A stretch of DNA of 64,000 nt, taken from assembly GCA_051294375.1 (NCBI GenBank), contig CM119263.1, positions 4,584,209 to 4,648,208 of the forward strand, given 5' to 3'. The stretch comes from Paraspadella gotoi. Its lineage: Eukaryota > Animalia > Chaetognatha. Position numbers and translations under genes: made by a program. The notes under the pieces are model-generated. The model ran no database searches. It was not told the DNA's origin and saw only the letters and a program-made list of their open reading frames with translations. Of the stretch, positions 15,059-26,857 are shown piece after piece (positions within the stretch are counted from its first letter, which is position 1; the number at the start of each line of letters is the position of its first letter).

Positions 15059-16187
15059 AAGAGACAGAGACAGAATTCCTCCATGCTGGTTAAACTTTAG
15101 TAAGATGTTTAGTTTGTCTGAAGTTATTCGAATTTTTCGAATAATCATATTAATATTTATGTTAATGTTATGTTAATATGTTATTGTTATTATTTTGTTA
15201 ATACTTTTTTCCTATTTATAAAATTTCGTTAATAGACTTTTTTAATGACTAGCTGTTTTTGAACTAGTTCGGAGAGTTGGTTTCATTGACCTTGCTAACT
15301 TTTCCAGGCTAACTCTACACCAAATAAAGCGTTGTATTTTGGCGTAATGGCGCAGAGGAGACGGATGGCGCCGGTTCTATTACGCTCAGTTTAGAGATGA
15401 CGACAAAAGTCTCGGCTCTAAGGCGAAGCCCAGGAATACAAGTAGTTAAGTAGAGTAGTGGAGTAGAGAAGTTAAGGTTGAAGTCCTGGGCAAATGATAA
15501 ACAAAACATTTAATAAAAAACTCAGCAATATATATAAAGTTTAAAGAATCTTTCTTTACTCGTTCTGAAGCCAAAATTGTACAAAAAAAGGTTGCTTTCT
15601 CTCACCAGAAAAGTCCACCAATTCAGCAATTACCAAAGTAGTTTCTTAAACTAAGATTCCGAGATTCGTAGAGAACTAGAAGTGCTAGAATGACAATCTA
15701 TTGGTTCATATCGATAAATCGTAATTAGAATCTATCGAAATCCGATGAACCAATCAGAATCTGCCACGATTTCTGTACTTAAGTATATATATAACAAAAA
15801 AGTCTAAAACAAAAGACTGTCTCTGGTAATCGCTGAAAAAGTTGCAATTCTTTGGTCAGTAAAAAAGAGGAAAAGAGCATCCGGGAAAAGGTTTGTGGAG
15901 AAGCTGGATTTCTTCGTAATATAAAAGATAGTTATTTCGTAACAACTACTGACAATTGACTCGTGGTTCTATTGATAAAACTCTATTTATAACCTGGAAA
16001 TGTATTTAAATTTCAGACGAATAATATTACATTTACAATAACAGAATAACGAAACTGTCACATGTTCAAAACTAGTACAAAAATACATATGTACTTGTTC
16101 AAATAGGAATTTTATCATTGTTAAAAAAATATTTAAATATTGAAAGTCGTTTGTTGGCAAATAACGATTAAATGATATTCATTTGGA
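6278..16187 (+). repeat. Copy 1 of ~9.8-kb tandem duplication
   Basis: Collinear with 16231-25854 from TTTCGACTCATTAGAGCTTG to GATATTCATTTGGAAC. Confidence 0.95.
9366..9522 (+). pseudogene. Indel-ridden duplicate of the FGFRL1 Ig3 exon (probably an assembly artefact)
   Basis: Near-identical to 19109-19256 but with many 1-nt insertions and deletions. Confidence 0.75.
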
Positions 16188-16205
16188 ACCCCAAATCTCT
16201 CTCTT

Positions 16206-16230
16206 NNNNNNNNNNNNNNNNNNNNNNNNN
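16206..16230. other. Assembly gap (25 N); other gaps at 2669-2693 (25 N), 17146-17329 and 47167-47394
   Basis: N runs in the sequence. Confidence 0.99.
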
Positions 16231-16343
16231 TTTCGACTCATTAGAGCTTGAAAACAGTTTTAATTCAAGATTCTTTTGCAAATGAAAGGAGGCGAAATTT
16301 GTTTTGAAAGGGAATTTGAATTCGGCGGTGCGAAGAGAAAGAG

Positions 16344-16436
<93 letters not shown>

Positions 16437-17329
16437 AAAGAAAGAAAGATAAAAGAAAGAAAGATAAAAGAAAGACAGATAAAAATAAAGAAGGAAAGCA
16501 AGCAGGAAATAAAGAAAGACAGCAATGTAAGCCAAGCAAGCTTGCGACCAAGCAACGGAAAATCAAGAGTCAAAAAACTGTTTCGATTCGTCGAATTCAA
16601 GAACGAAGTTTCTACGATTTAATCGTTGTCGTTGTCGGTTTTTTGTTGTCGTTGTTGTTGTGTTCGTCGATGTTGTTTGTCAGCGAATTATCGAATTCCC
16701 TTCTGACGTCCGGAGTCTCGAGTCTTATCCTTTTTCAATTAGATTCTTTTCAAATGAAATTCCAATAAATCCGAAGACCGAAAACTCAGTTCCCCTTATC
16801 CTCTGCCCCCCCCCCCTTTATGAGCCGAGCTAAAAGCGGGCAACGGAGAGTAAAAGACGCAGCAATGAGGCGAAGGAGAGAAGAAGAGAGAGAGAGAGAG
16901 AGAACGAGAGAGAGAGAGAGAGAGAGAGAGATGAGGGAAGAAATGAGAGAAAGAGAGAGAGAGAGGAAGAGATAAGAGGAGAGAAGAGAGAGGAGAGAGA
17001 AGAAAGAGAGAAGAGAGGACTTTTTCGTGGCCCATTTAGGCCTATTTAAGGGGATAATCGGAATTAGCAAATTCCCCCGGAATTCCTTGATCAGATCCGC
17101 GTAGAAATTCCCCTGAATGTCTCTCTCTCTCTCTTTCTCTTCCTCNNNNNNNNNNNNNNNNNNNNNNNNNNNNNNNNNNNNNNNNNNNNNNNNNNNNNNN
17201 NNNNNNNNNNNNNNNNNNNNNNNNNNNNNNNNNNNNNNNNNNNNNNNNNNNNNNNNNNNNNNNNNNNNNNNNNNNNNNNNNNNNNNNNNNNNNNNNNNNN
17301 NNNNNNNNNNNNNNNNNNNNNNNNNNNNN

Positions 17330-17365
<36 letters not shown>

Positions 17366-18923
17366 AACTCCTTTAGCGCGTGTCTTCTCTCTTTTGACTC
17401 TTCTCTCTTCCTCCTTCCTGTCGTTTTTATTTCCTTGTTTACATAAAGAAATTTATTTGTGTTTTTCCCTTTTTTTTCGCTTTTCTTTTTTCCTCTTTTT
17501 TCTTCTTCTCTTTCCTTTTTCTTTTTTCCTCCCTTTCTTTTTTCCTCCCTTTCCTTTTTTCCTCCCTCAGATGACGGCCAAAGCCTCTCTTCCCTTCTTC
17601 GTCGCCATATGTGTTTTTTTAGTTTGTTTAAACTTAATTCTTTTGTATTCAGTTATTCTTTTGTACAAAAAAGTGTTAAAACCCAACAGGGTGAATCCGC
17701 TTGAAATTTATTAACGGCTCTTTTTTCGTTCAACCGTTTTACTTGTCAACATTTTTGTTTAACATTTGTTTATCTTTCCTTTTTTTTCCCTTAATTAATT
17801 TTCACTTCCTTTTTTTAATTATGTGGTTTTTTTTTTGTTTCTTTAGTTCCGATTTTAAATTTCCCGCCTCTCTCTCTCTCTCTATCTCTCTCTCGTCTCT
17901 TTACCTTTTGTTTCCATAAAAATGCGATGAAAACAAATATTCAAACGGAATTTTTTTTAAAATTTTATATCGCGATAAAAAACTTTTTTTTAATATCCCC
18001 TTGCGTTTATTTTAATTCATCCTAATTTTATTCTTCTTTCTCTCTCTCATTATCTCTCTCTCTCTCTCTTTCTTTTCTTTCTTTCTTTATCTCGTTTTAT
18101 TAACGTATGACCTTCTCAGCAACTCACTGTAAGTTTTAAAGAGATCGAGGGATAATTATCATTGCATGACGCAACCACGATTGCACTCATCGACACCTTT
18201 CCGCGACTTTGTCGTTTTGACATTTCACAAATGTTTCGTGAATTTCGACCTCACTTTGTGACATGTGACGCATCGCACTCGTGAAACTTGTGAATTATGG
18301 CGTTGGCCAGACCGCTCAGCATCCGGAACTCACGTCATGCCCCCCAATCGCTGTGATGTCTCACGTTTCTGTGAACCGAATTTTGAATCATCGACGCATG
18401 AAAAAGGATAAAAACGAGAAATCGTTAATTTACTTTTGATTTTTATTTTAATTTTTTTTTAGTTGTTTTTTTTATCAGAAAGTTTTTTTGTGTGTGTTTA
18501 ATTGAAAAAATTAGTTTTCTTTGCTTTGACCTGTTCCGTGTTTTGTTTCTCGAGCATGAACCCCAAAAAAAACAAAGTAAATTTTGACTTTACTCATCCA
18601 ATTTTAGTTATTAAATCATTTTGTATAATCTATAATTTCAACGCTCGACGTTTCATTGACTTAAGTTCAATTTCAAAACGTTAGCCTTTTATTTTTCTTC
18701 ATCGCTCGTCCTCAGATCGTAAGCAGCTCACCTTCACTCATCCTCCACCCGCCCGAAATTCCTTACCAACTTTTCACGCTCGGTGACTCTCAAGTCAATT
18801 CACTCGGAAAACTAAATCGATTCACGATTTTTTATTCATACGAGAATAAAATCGAAAGGAAAAATTATTTTTTTGTGATAACGAGTTAAAATGAATGCGT
18901 TTAACTTATAATTTGGCGGTTAT

Positions 18924-18991
<68 letters not shown>

Positions 18992-19108
18992 CTCCCTCCC
19001 TCCCTCTCCCTCCATCTCCCTCAACCACTAACATCTACATCTACAACTACATCCTTTTCCTGATTGGCTCCCTCTCTTCCCCTCCCAATCTCCCTCGACC
19101 AATCACAG

Positions 19109-19256
19109 CCCTGGTATTCTCCCGACGGATCTTACGTGAATAAACTCATCATAGACGACATCATTGAGACAGACGCAGGGATGTACATCTGTCTGGGGAC
19201 GAACACGAAAGGGTTCAAGTATCGCCGCGCCTTTCTCAGCGTCCAACCTTCTCAGG
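19109..19256 (+). CDS. FGFRL1: FGFRL1 exon, Ig3 second part
   Basis: CAG|...|GTAAG, phase 0/1. [47 protein letters not shown] vs human [47 protein letters not shown]. Confidence 0.9.
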
Positions 19257-19701
19257 GTAAGTTGATCCCTTTTGTTTTGTTTGTTTTTTGGTTTTTTTTT
19301 GGTTTTGTTTGTTTTTTGTTTGTTTTTGTTTATTTTATTTTTGTTTTGTTTGTTCGTTCTGCTTTTTTGTAGGGGAGGTTTTAAATACTTTTTTAAATAA
19401 ATTATTAAAGTAATTCCGAACTTTACAACATATATACATTAACTAACTTCGGACTAAAAACTTACGCTGAGTATCAAATGTTAAGATCAACATGATCGTC
19501 AAAATGATCAAATTAATTCTCATCTTCAAAATAATCGACGTGCTTCCCTCAGATTTCACCCTTTTTGTGAAAATCCCTTTTCACAAAAAAAAATAAACAA
19601 AAAAAAAAAAAAACAACAACTTTTAGTCGCCTTAGACTCCCAACGACCGAATTAAATTCCCTTCGAAGGAAATAAAATGCCCCCGCGTGCTCGACCCCGA
19701 C

Positions 19702-19767
19702 GGGGCAGCGCCGGGCAGCGCCGGGCAGCGCCGGGCAGCGCCGGGCAGCGCCCGGCAGCGCCGGGCA
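19702..19767. repeat. GC-rich 10-bp tandem repeat (GGGCAGCGCC)n; degraded copy at ~9975-10030
   Basis: About 6 units directly visible. Confidence 0.85.
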
Positions 19768-19924
19768 CGTGGTTCGGTCGGGTCCCCTACTTTGTGCCTG
19801 ACTCGTCGATTCCCGAACTTGGAACGACCTCCGGGTCGACTGACCCACGAGCGAGCTACGATCGGCCGGGTGACCCTTTCTTTTGACCCTTTTTTGACCC
19901 CGGGAGAGAGAGAAGAGAGAGAAG

Positions 19925-19990
<66 letters not shown>

Positions 19991-20351
19991 AGAGAGAGAG
20001 AGGAGGTTCGTCGTTTCGTCGTTAAGCCAAACGCGCCCGCTCGTCGACGCTTTTTTTTTTTTGTCCGAGCGCGATGACGTCCGAGGATTTCATTACAACG
20101 TCACGTGACCCCGTTGTTGTTGTTGTTATTCTCGTCAACTCAGTAATCGCCAATTCATCACGTCGTTTATTTGGCGCCAACAGCGGAATTCAGTGGAATT
20201 TAAATTCGGATATTTTGTCTATAATAAGGTTATTTCTCAACATTGTTAATTAATCACCCCTTTTAACCTTTTTCGAAGGATACCATCTAATAAAACAAAA
20301 CTCCCGGATTCTGGACACGAACCCCAGACTTTCACATCACTGCGGGTCGAT

Positions 20352-20434
<83 letters not shown>

Positions 20435-22707
20435 ACCTCTCCCATCGGACGATGATGAGGTTTCGAGTTTGAAGGAAAAATGTGAGGAGATTAAGTTGAC
20501 TCAACTTTTTATGGTCAAAAGATTTTTTGGGAAAAATGAAATTGACATGGAGAAAAAAGACAATGACGGCATGATGAAGGAAAGGACAATGGCATGGAGA
20601 ACAGAGTCAGAATGGAGAGGTGGAAAGTGGGAGAATGGTATTGTGGACTGGGGGAAATATTAGGGTGGACAGAGGCAGAATGGCAAGGTGGGGAGAGAGA
20701 GAAAGGCATAGAGAATGGAGGGAGAATGGCAAGGTGGGCTAAGAGAGAATGGCATGGAGCGCAAACCTTACAGTGTAGAGATCGATGATTGCATTTTAGG
20801 CATGCTATTATCAATTGCTTGAATAATGGCATGGTGAACCAAATGACCATGTTGCCCAAAGGAATAAAGAATCAACGTCAATAAAGGAAATAAGACAAAA
20901 AAGCGAAAGGCTGTTTGGTTCTATTAAACTAAACCACAAGCGATAAAGTGGCATAATTTAATAACCTACTTACTTTTAATAATAATCCACTCAAGTTTTA
21001 AGAAAAAAGAAGTCCATCGCATCTCGCTTTCCCGGTCAAGACCCGTCAATCCAATTTTTCCCGCCATTTTTAGGGTTTCTCTCTCTTTTTTTTTTTCTAA
21101 GTTGATTTTTTTTCTTTGTTTCTTTATGTTTGGCTTCTTCTCCTCTCGTTTTCCCTCCTTTTCCTTTAAGGTTCTTTCTCTCTTAATATAGTATATAGTA
21201 TATAATACATATATATATAGTAGGGGGGTGGGGAGAGTTTAAAACCTTTTTCATCATTGTTTTATGAAATTGGTACACGAAATATAAAAATCCTCTATTC
21301 ATTTAATAAGTTAACTCTTCCCTGCCTTTGGACAGGCTTTTTTGGGTTAATGTCTCCATCCCTCTCACAAGAAAATAACATATCAGGACCCTGCAAGCTT
21401 TCAATCAAGACTCTCTCACAGTCTCGTTTATTCACTCTCAAAGTACCTGGCTTCCCTATCACTGAAGTTGTATAATGTTTTCCTTTATATTTCCTTAATA
21501 TTAAACTTTAGATTTTCCCTTTTTAATAATATAATCTTCGCGATCAACCGCAGCCAATGGCTTCCGTGACAGACGCCGAAGAAAATTTTAAGAAAAACGA
21601 CGACGAAGACGACGACGACTACAAACCGACAACAAAGCCGACGAATACGACAACAACAACAACGACATCGAGGAAAACGTCTTCGACATAAACAGGAAAT
21701 TGAATAATCGATGAGAAAAATTTAATTCTTCGTTCGTCGAACTCATGAATTGGATTTTCAAACTTTTTAGTTGAGATTTCATTTTTATTCCAAGAAGAAG
21801 AAAAAACTTTTTTTTTCTTTTTATTTAAATCTCTATTTTTTTAGTTTTTTTTAGTATTTTTTTTTTTTTGCTTTCTTTCTTTCTTTCTCTCTTTCTTTCT
21901 TTCTATCTTTCTTTCTTTATTTTCTTCTTTCTTTCCTTCCATTTCTAATTTTTTCATTCATTCTATAAAATTTTCTTTTCACTTCATTTATGGAATCCAT
22001 TCCCCTCATTTTTCGCTTTTCATTTTTCCCTTTTTCTTCATTTATGTTTTCCGTTTCGACATCAGCGCATCGAAGCTTTTCCATACTTAAGCAATTCACG
22101 CTTTACATTTTCCGTTTTTATATTTCTCTTTTAGCCTCATTTTATCAATACTCCCTTGTTTTGAAACGGTTAAATTGCAGTAATAATAATATTTTAATAA
22201 TTAAAATAAACTTATTTTTTTAAATAAATTACTATAGTTAAAACAAAAAAAATATTAATTCCACTCAAAATTTTTTTCTTTTTCCTCATATTACTTTTAA
22301 AAAAAGCAATCCTTCCTTTAAAAGAATAACCACTTTTGCTATCAATGCTATTTTTTTCTGCCTTTTTTCTGCCTTTTTTTTTACTGACATTTTTGTTTTT
22401 CTCGTATGGAAATCACGTCGTCGACGCTTTTCAAAAGATTCGAGCGAAAAAAAGTTGAGGCGAAACGAAACGAGATGAGATGAAAACCAAACGGGGAAAA
22501 AAATATTTAAAAATAATATTATTAATATTTTATATAATTTAATAGTTGGTCAAAGTTTCAAACAATTGACCTCCTTCGCATTGGAGCTAAACGTTGTGAA
22601 TTTAGAAAAATTGACCAAAATTCAAATCCGAAATCCAATCTATTTCACTGGAAGGAATTTCGATTTTATTTTTCCGCGACCATTTGAAGGCAGATTGACG
22701 AAACCAA

Positions 22708-22755
<48 letters not shown>

Positions 22756-23234
22756 AGAGGAGAGGAAGAGAGAGAGAGAGGAGAGAGAGAGAGGAGAGAA
22801 GAGAGAGAGAGAGAGCAAAAAAAAGGAAAACGTAAATTAAGGGAAAATTAGCGACTCGAGAGACCGGTCGTCGTTGAAATCCCAATTTGCATAATTGCTC
22901 GAAGCTGAAGTCAAGAAATTTCGATACCTGAAATTCTTTCAGTCACGAGATTCGATCCTTTGACCTTCAGACCAAACAAAAAATTTTATAAGTTAAACGA
23001 GCGGATAGTAAGTACAGTATCACAGCATCACTACTGCGCGTTAAAAATTTCTTCCTATTCACCACAGGTCACTTTAATCTGACACAGACTCACCTCACTT
23101 TCTTTTTTACTTTCACTCCAACTTTACCTCACCCTCTTTCTGCTTCTACCAAATTCTCTCCCTTTAAATATCCCTACCTTTTTTTTTCATTAGTCGCTCG
23201 AATTGTTTTAGTCACATAACCTTTCCCTAGGGTT

Positions 23235-24497
23235 TTACTTAATTTTCCTTATTTCTTTGTCCCTCTTATTTATTCTTTTCTTTCTTATCTTTTCTCATCT
23301 TTTTTTTCTTTTCTCATCTTTTCTTTTCTCGTCTTTTCTTTTCTTTTCCTTTCTCATCTTTTCTTTTCTTTCTTTTCTTTTATCTTCCTTTCTTTTCTTT
23401 TCTCATTTTTTCTTATCTTTTCTCATCTCTTCTTTTCTTTTCTTTTCTTTTCTCATTTTTTCTTTTCTCATCTTTTCTTTTCTTTTTCTTTCTTTTCTTT
23501 TCTCATTTTTTCATATCTTTTCTCATCTTTTCTTTCCTCATCTTTTCTTTTCTCATCTTTTCTTTTCTCATCTTTTCTTTCCTTTTCTTTTCCCCTGACG
23601 CCTCCAATTCCAATAATTTTCTTCCGCCTCAAAGATGACTCGACGTCAGGCGTTTAGGTAACTGCGCCTGATCTGCAGGCCAGACGAGCAGGAGAGTTCG
23701 CCGACCATCTCGCAAATCAATCCTGCATGCTTCGACCCGTTTGAAAGCGCACACAAAACTGAATTATAATATCTATTAATGTTAATAACAACGAGAAAGA
23801 CTTAAACAACAACAAAGACAATCACGCGAGGGCGACGGCTACCTCGTGAGTCGAAGAAAATACAATAACGCCGAGACAAACGTAACAAAAAAACCTTCGG
23901 AAAAAATGAAAATAAAAACAACGAAAATGTTGATTATGTGACGAAAACTTTGCGTCGGTCTTCACCTTAATATCTTTGTCGGTCTTCGCTTCAATATCTT
24001 TGTCGGTCTTCGCCCTAATTTCTTTGTCGGTCTTCGCCTTAATATCTTTGTCGGTCCTCGCCTTAATTTCTTTGTCGGTCTTCGCCTTAATATCTTTGTC
24101 GGTCTTCGCCCTAATTTCTTTGTCGGTGTTCGCCTTAATTTCTTTGTCGGTCTTTAACTTAATTTCTTTGTCGGTCTTCGCTTTAATTTCTTTGTCGGTC
24201 TTCGCCCTAATTTATTTTTTCAGTCGAAGCTTCAATTTCTTTGTCGGTAAAAGTATTGACAACCGCTTCGTTGGCAGCTTTCTGTATCTATAAAGGTTCG
24301 CTATGATCAACTCAATAATCTTTGTCGGTCTCAACCACAATACGTTCGTCCCTTTTGTCGGTCACTGCGACGTTCTTCGAGCGTCGGTTTGAGCGTCGGC
24401 TAGAACGTCTTCTCCTGTCGGCTGCCTTGAATCCAAAACAGTTTCTGCTTTCCTGTTTACAACTTTTTCTTTTGAAAAACGGTTTCGTTGACGCCAC
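23235..24497 (-). CDS. Putative repetitive charged protein (KAKTDKEI octapeptide and RKDEK pentapeptide repeats), frameshifted; degraded copy at ~13575-14860
   Basis: About 11 x 24-bp units (~23950-24210) read AKTDK[DE]I[KR] on the minus strand. A hydrophobic stretch follows, then 15-bp units reading RKDEK, ending RDKEIRKIK*. Confidence 0.35.
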
Positions 24498-24532
24498 ACA
24501 TTTAGGTACGTTTTCTTTTCACCGCTTTTTCG

Positions 24533-24596
<64 letters not shown>

Positions 24597-24663
24597 TCCT
24601 TTGACAAAAAGGGAAGAGTGTCGGGTTAACAAAGAAATGCGTAAGAAAGGGAACACGTATCGC

Positions 24664-24742
<79 letters not shown>

Positions 24743-25922
24743 CAGGACAGAGACAGAATCCTCCATTGCTGGTTAAACCTTTAGTAAGATGTTTAGTTTG
24801 TCTGAAGTTATTCGAATTTTCGAATAATCATATTAATATTATGTTAATGTTATGTTAATATGTTATGTTATTATTTTGTTAATACTTTTTTCCTATTTAT
24901 AAAATTTCGTTAATAGACTTTTTTAATGACTACTGTTTTGAACTAAGTTCGGAGAGTGGTTTCATTGACTTGCTAACTTTTCCAGGCTAACTCTACACCA
25001 AATAAAGCGTTGGTATTTGTGGCGTAATGGCGCAGAGGAGACGATGGCGCCGGTCTATTACGCTCAGTAGAGATGACGACAAAGTCTCGGCTCTAAGGCG
25101 AAGCCCAGGACATACAAGTAGTTAAGTAGAGTAGTGGAGTAGAGAAGTTAAGTTAGAAGTCCTGGGCAAATGATAACAAAACATTTAATAAAAAAACTCA
25201 GCAAATATATATAAAGTTTAAAGAATCTTTCTTACTCGTTTCTGAAGCCAAAATTGTACAAAAAAGGTTGCTTCTCTCACAGGAAAGTCCACCAATCCAG
25301 CAATTACCAAATAGTTTCTTAAAACTAAAGATTCCGAGATTTCTAGAGAACTAGAAGTGCTAGAATGACAGATCTATTGGTTCATATCGATAAATCGTAA
25401 TTAGAATCTATCGAAATCCGATGAACCAATCAGAATCTGCCACGGAATCTGTACTTAAGTATATATATAACAAAAGTCTAAAACAAAAGATGTCTCTGTA
25501 ATCGCTGAAAAGTTGGCAATTCTTGCGTCAGTAAAAAAGAGAAAAGAGCATCGGGAAAAGGTGGAGAAGCTGGATTTCTTCGTAATATAAAAGATAGTTA
25601 TTTCGTAACAACTACTGACAATTGACTCGTGGTTCTTTTATTGATAAAACTCTATTTAATTAACCTGGAAATGTATTTAAATTCAGACGAATAATATTAC
25701 ATTTACAATAACAGAATAACGAACTGTCACATGTCAAAACTAGTACAAAAATACATATGTACTTGTTCAAATAGAATTTTATCATGTTAAAAAATATTTA
25801 AATATTGAAAGTCGTTTGTTGAAATAACGATTAAAATGATATTCATTTGGAACAATAAAGCCAAAAAAATATGAAATTTTTCTAATTTAATAATTGACAC
25901 GATTTTTAAGAAAGCTAAAGAG

Positions 25923-26124
25923 TATGGTGGACTAAAATCCACCAACCGTTCATCAGCGGCCTTGGTGCCGGAGGCAAGTCATTCGCCTCCCACCAAAGGT
26001 CCGGGTTCTAGCCGGTGGTCGTCTGGCAGTTAAGAGGGACGGGGCGCTTAACCCGCCTGTAACGGTGTTACAGCCTGATCCGAAGCTCAGGGACTGCTTA
26101 TATTGAACGGTTCTGTCACTAACA
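25923..26124 (+). mobile_element. tRNA-headed short element (SINE-like or solo-LTR-like) carrying a twister-like RNA module
   Basis: A-box-like TGGTGCCGGAGG at 25963, B-box-like GGGTTCTAGCC at 26003, acceptor-stem remnants. A second, internally deleted copy lies at 59248-59338(-). Confidence 0.65.
26026..26097 (+). ncRNA. Candidate type-P5 twister(-like) self-cleaving ribozyme
   Basis: GCAGUU(P5)-AA-GAGG-GA-CGGG(T1)-GCGCU-UAA-CCC-GC(T2)-C-UGUAAC/GUUACA(P3)-G-CCUGA-UCCG-AA-GC-UCAGG(P4)-GACUGC(P5). T1 is compensated (UCCG/CGGG); P2 is imperfect. Confidence 0.5.
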
Positions 26125-26857
26125 ATAATGTCTCTTCAAGAGTAAGAAATTCTACTGGCGTTTAATCTCAAAAAAAGTTTCGATGGAATCAAACTAATGG
26201 AAATTCGATTAAATTGAGAAAAAAAATCAAAAGTTACTTTCTCTAATCAATAAGATTTTTTTTATTTATATTAACTACATCTAAAACTACAAACACAAAG
26301 TCTACAAGCATAGCAAAACGATAACTAATAGTAACTTCACACCTAATTTAATAACCTCTCTCTCTTTCTCTCTCTCTCTCTCATTACTCTCATTATCAAA
26401 AATCAAACGTTGCCAAAACAAACCAAACCTTTCGTCTTTTCTTAAAAGAAAAGTTTATTATGTAAAAATATATCCTACTGTGAAAATTCAAAAACAAAAT
26501 TAATTTTTTTATAAATTAATGTTCACTAGTGGTACGATTTTGAGTTTTAGAATTGTTTTTCTTTAATGACAAAAAAATTCAATTCAAAGCTTTTTAACAC
26601 ACTTCAAATTTATAATTTTATTTCTTGAGCAGGAATTTGTTGATGTTTTCGTATGTAGAATTCAACTTTAAAAGTCTTCAGGCAAATCTCACATTTATAA
26701 AAAAATTTGTGAAGTGAACTCGAAAATGCAATTGTAGGCCATTTTTCTGCGAAAAGCATTGCAGACAAATTCCACATTGGTGATTTTTGACTTTAGAAGG
26801 AAGCTGCTGATGATTTTTAAAGTTGTATTTTGCTGAAAAACATTTTTGGCAAATTTT

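Larger units (their letters stand above)
16231..25854 (+). repeat. Copy 2 of ~9.8-kb tandem duplication
   Basis: Starts immediately after the 25-N gap; differs from copy 1 mostly by small indels. Confidence 0.95.

Noticed and set aside
20440-21480. Trp-rich plus-strand reading and a ~55-aa minus-strand exon-like frame (VIGKPGTLRVNKRDCE..)
   Set aside because: No recognisable homology, and the frames disagree between the two noisy copies.
23950-24215. CRISPR-like array
   Set aside because: Head-to-tail repeats with no unique spacers, in a eukaryotic context.
24980-25170. GC-richer patch with GGCGAA and a GCCCAGGAC/GTCCTGGGC inverted repeat as an HDV-like ribozyme or LTR-PBS
   Set aside because: The P2 partner lies on the wrong side, no nested pseudoknot could be built, and there is no second LTR.
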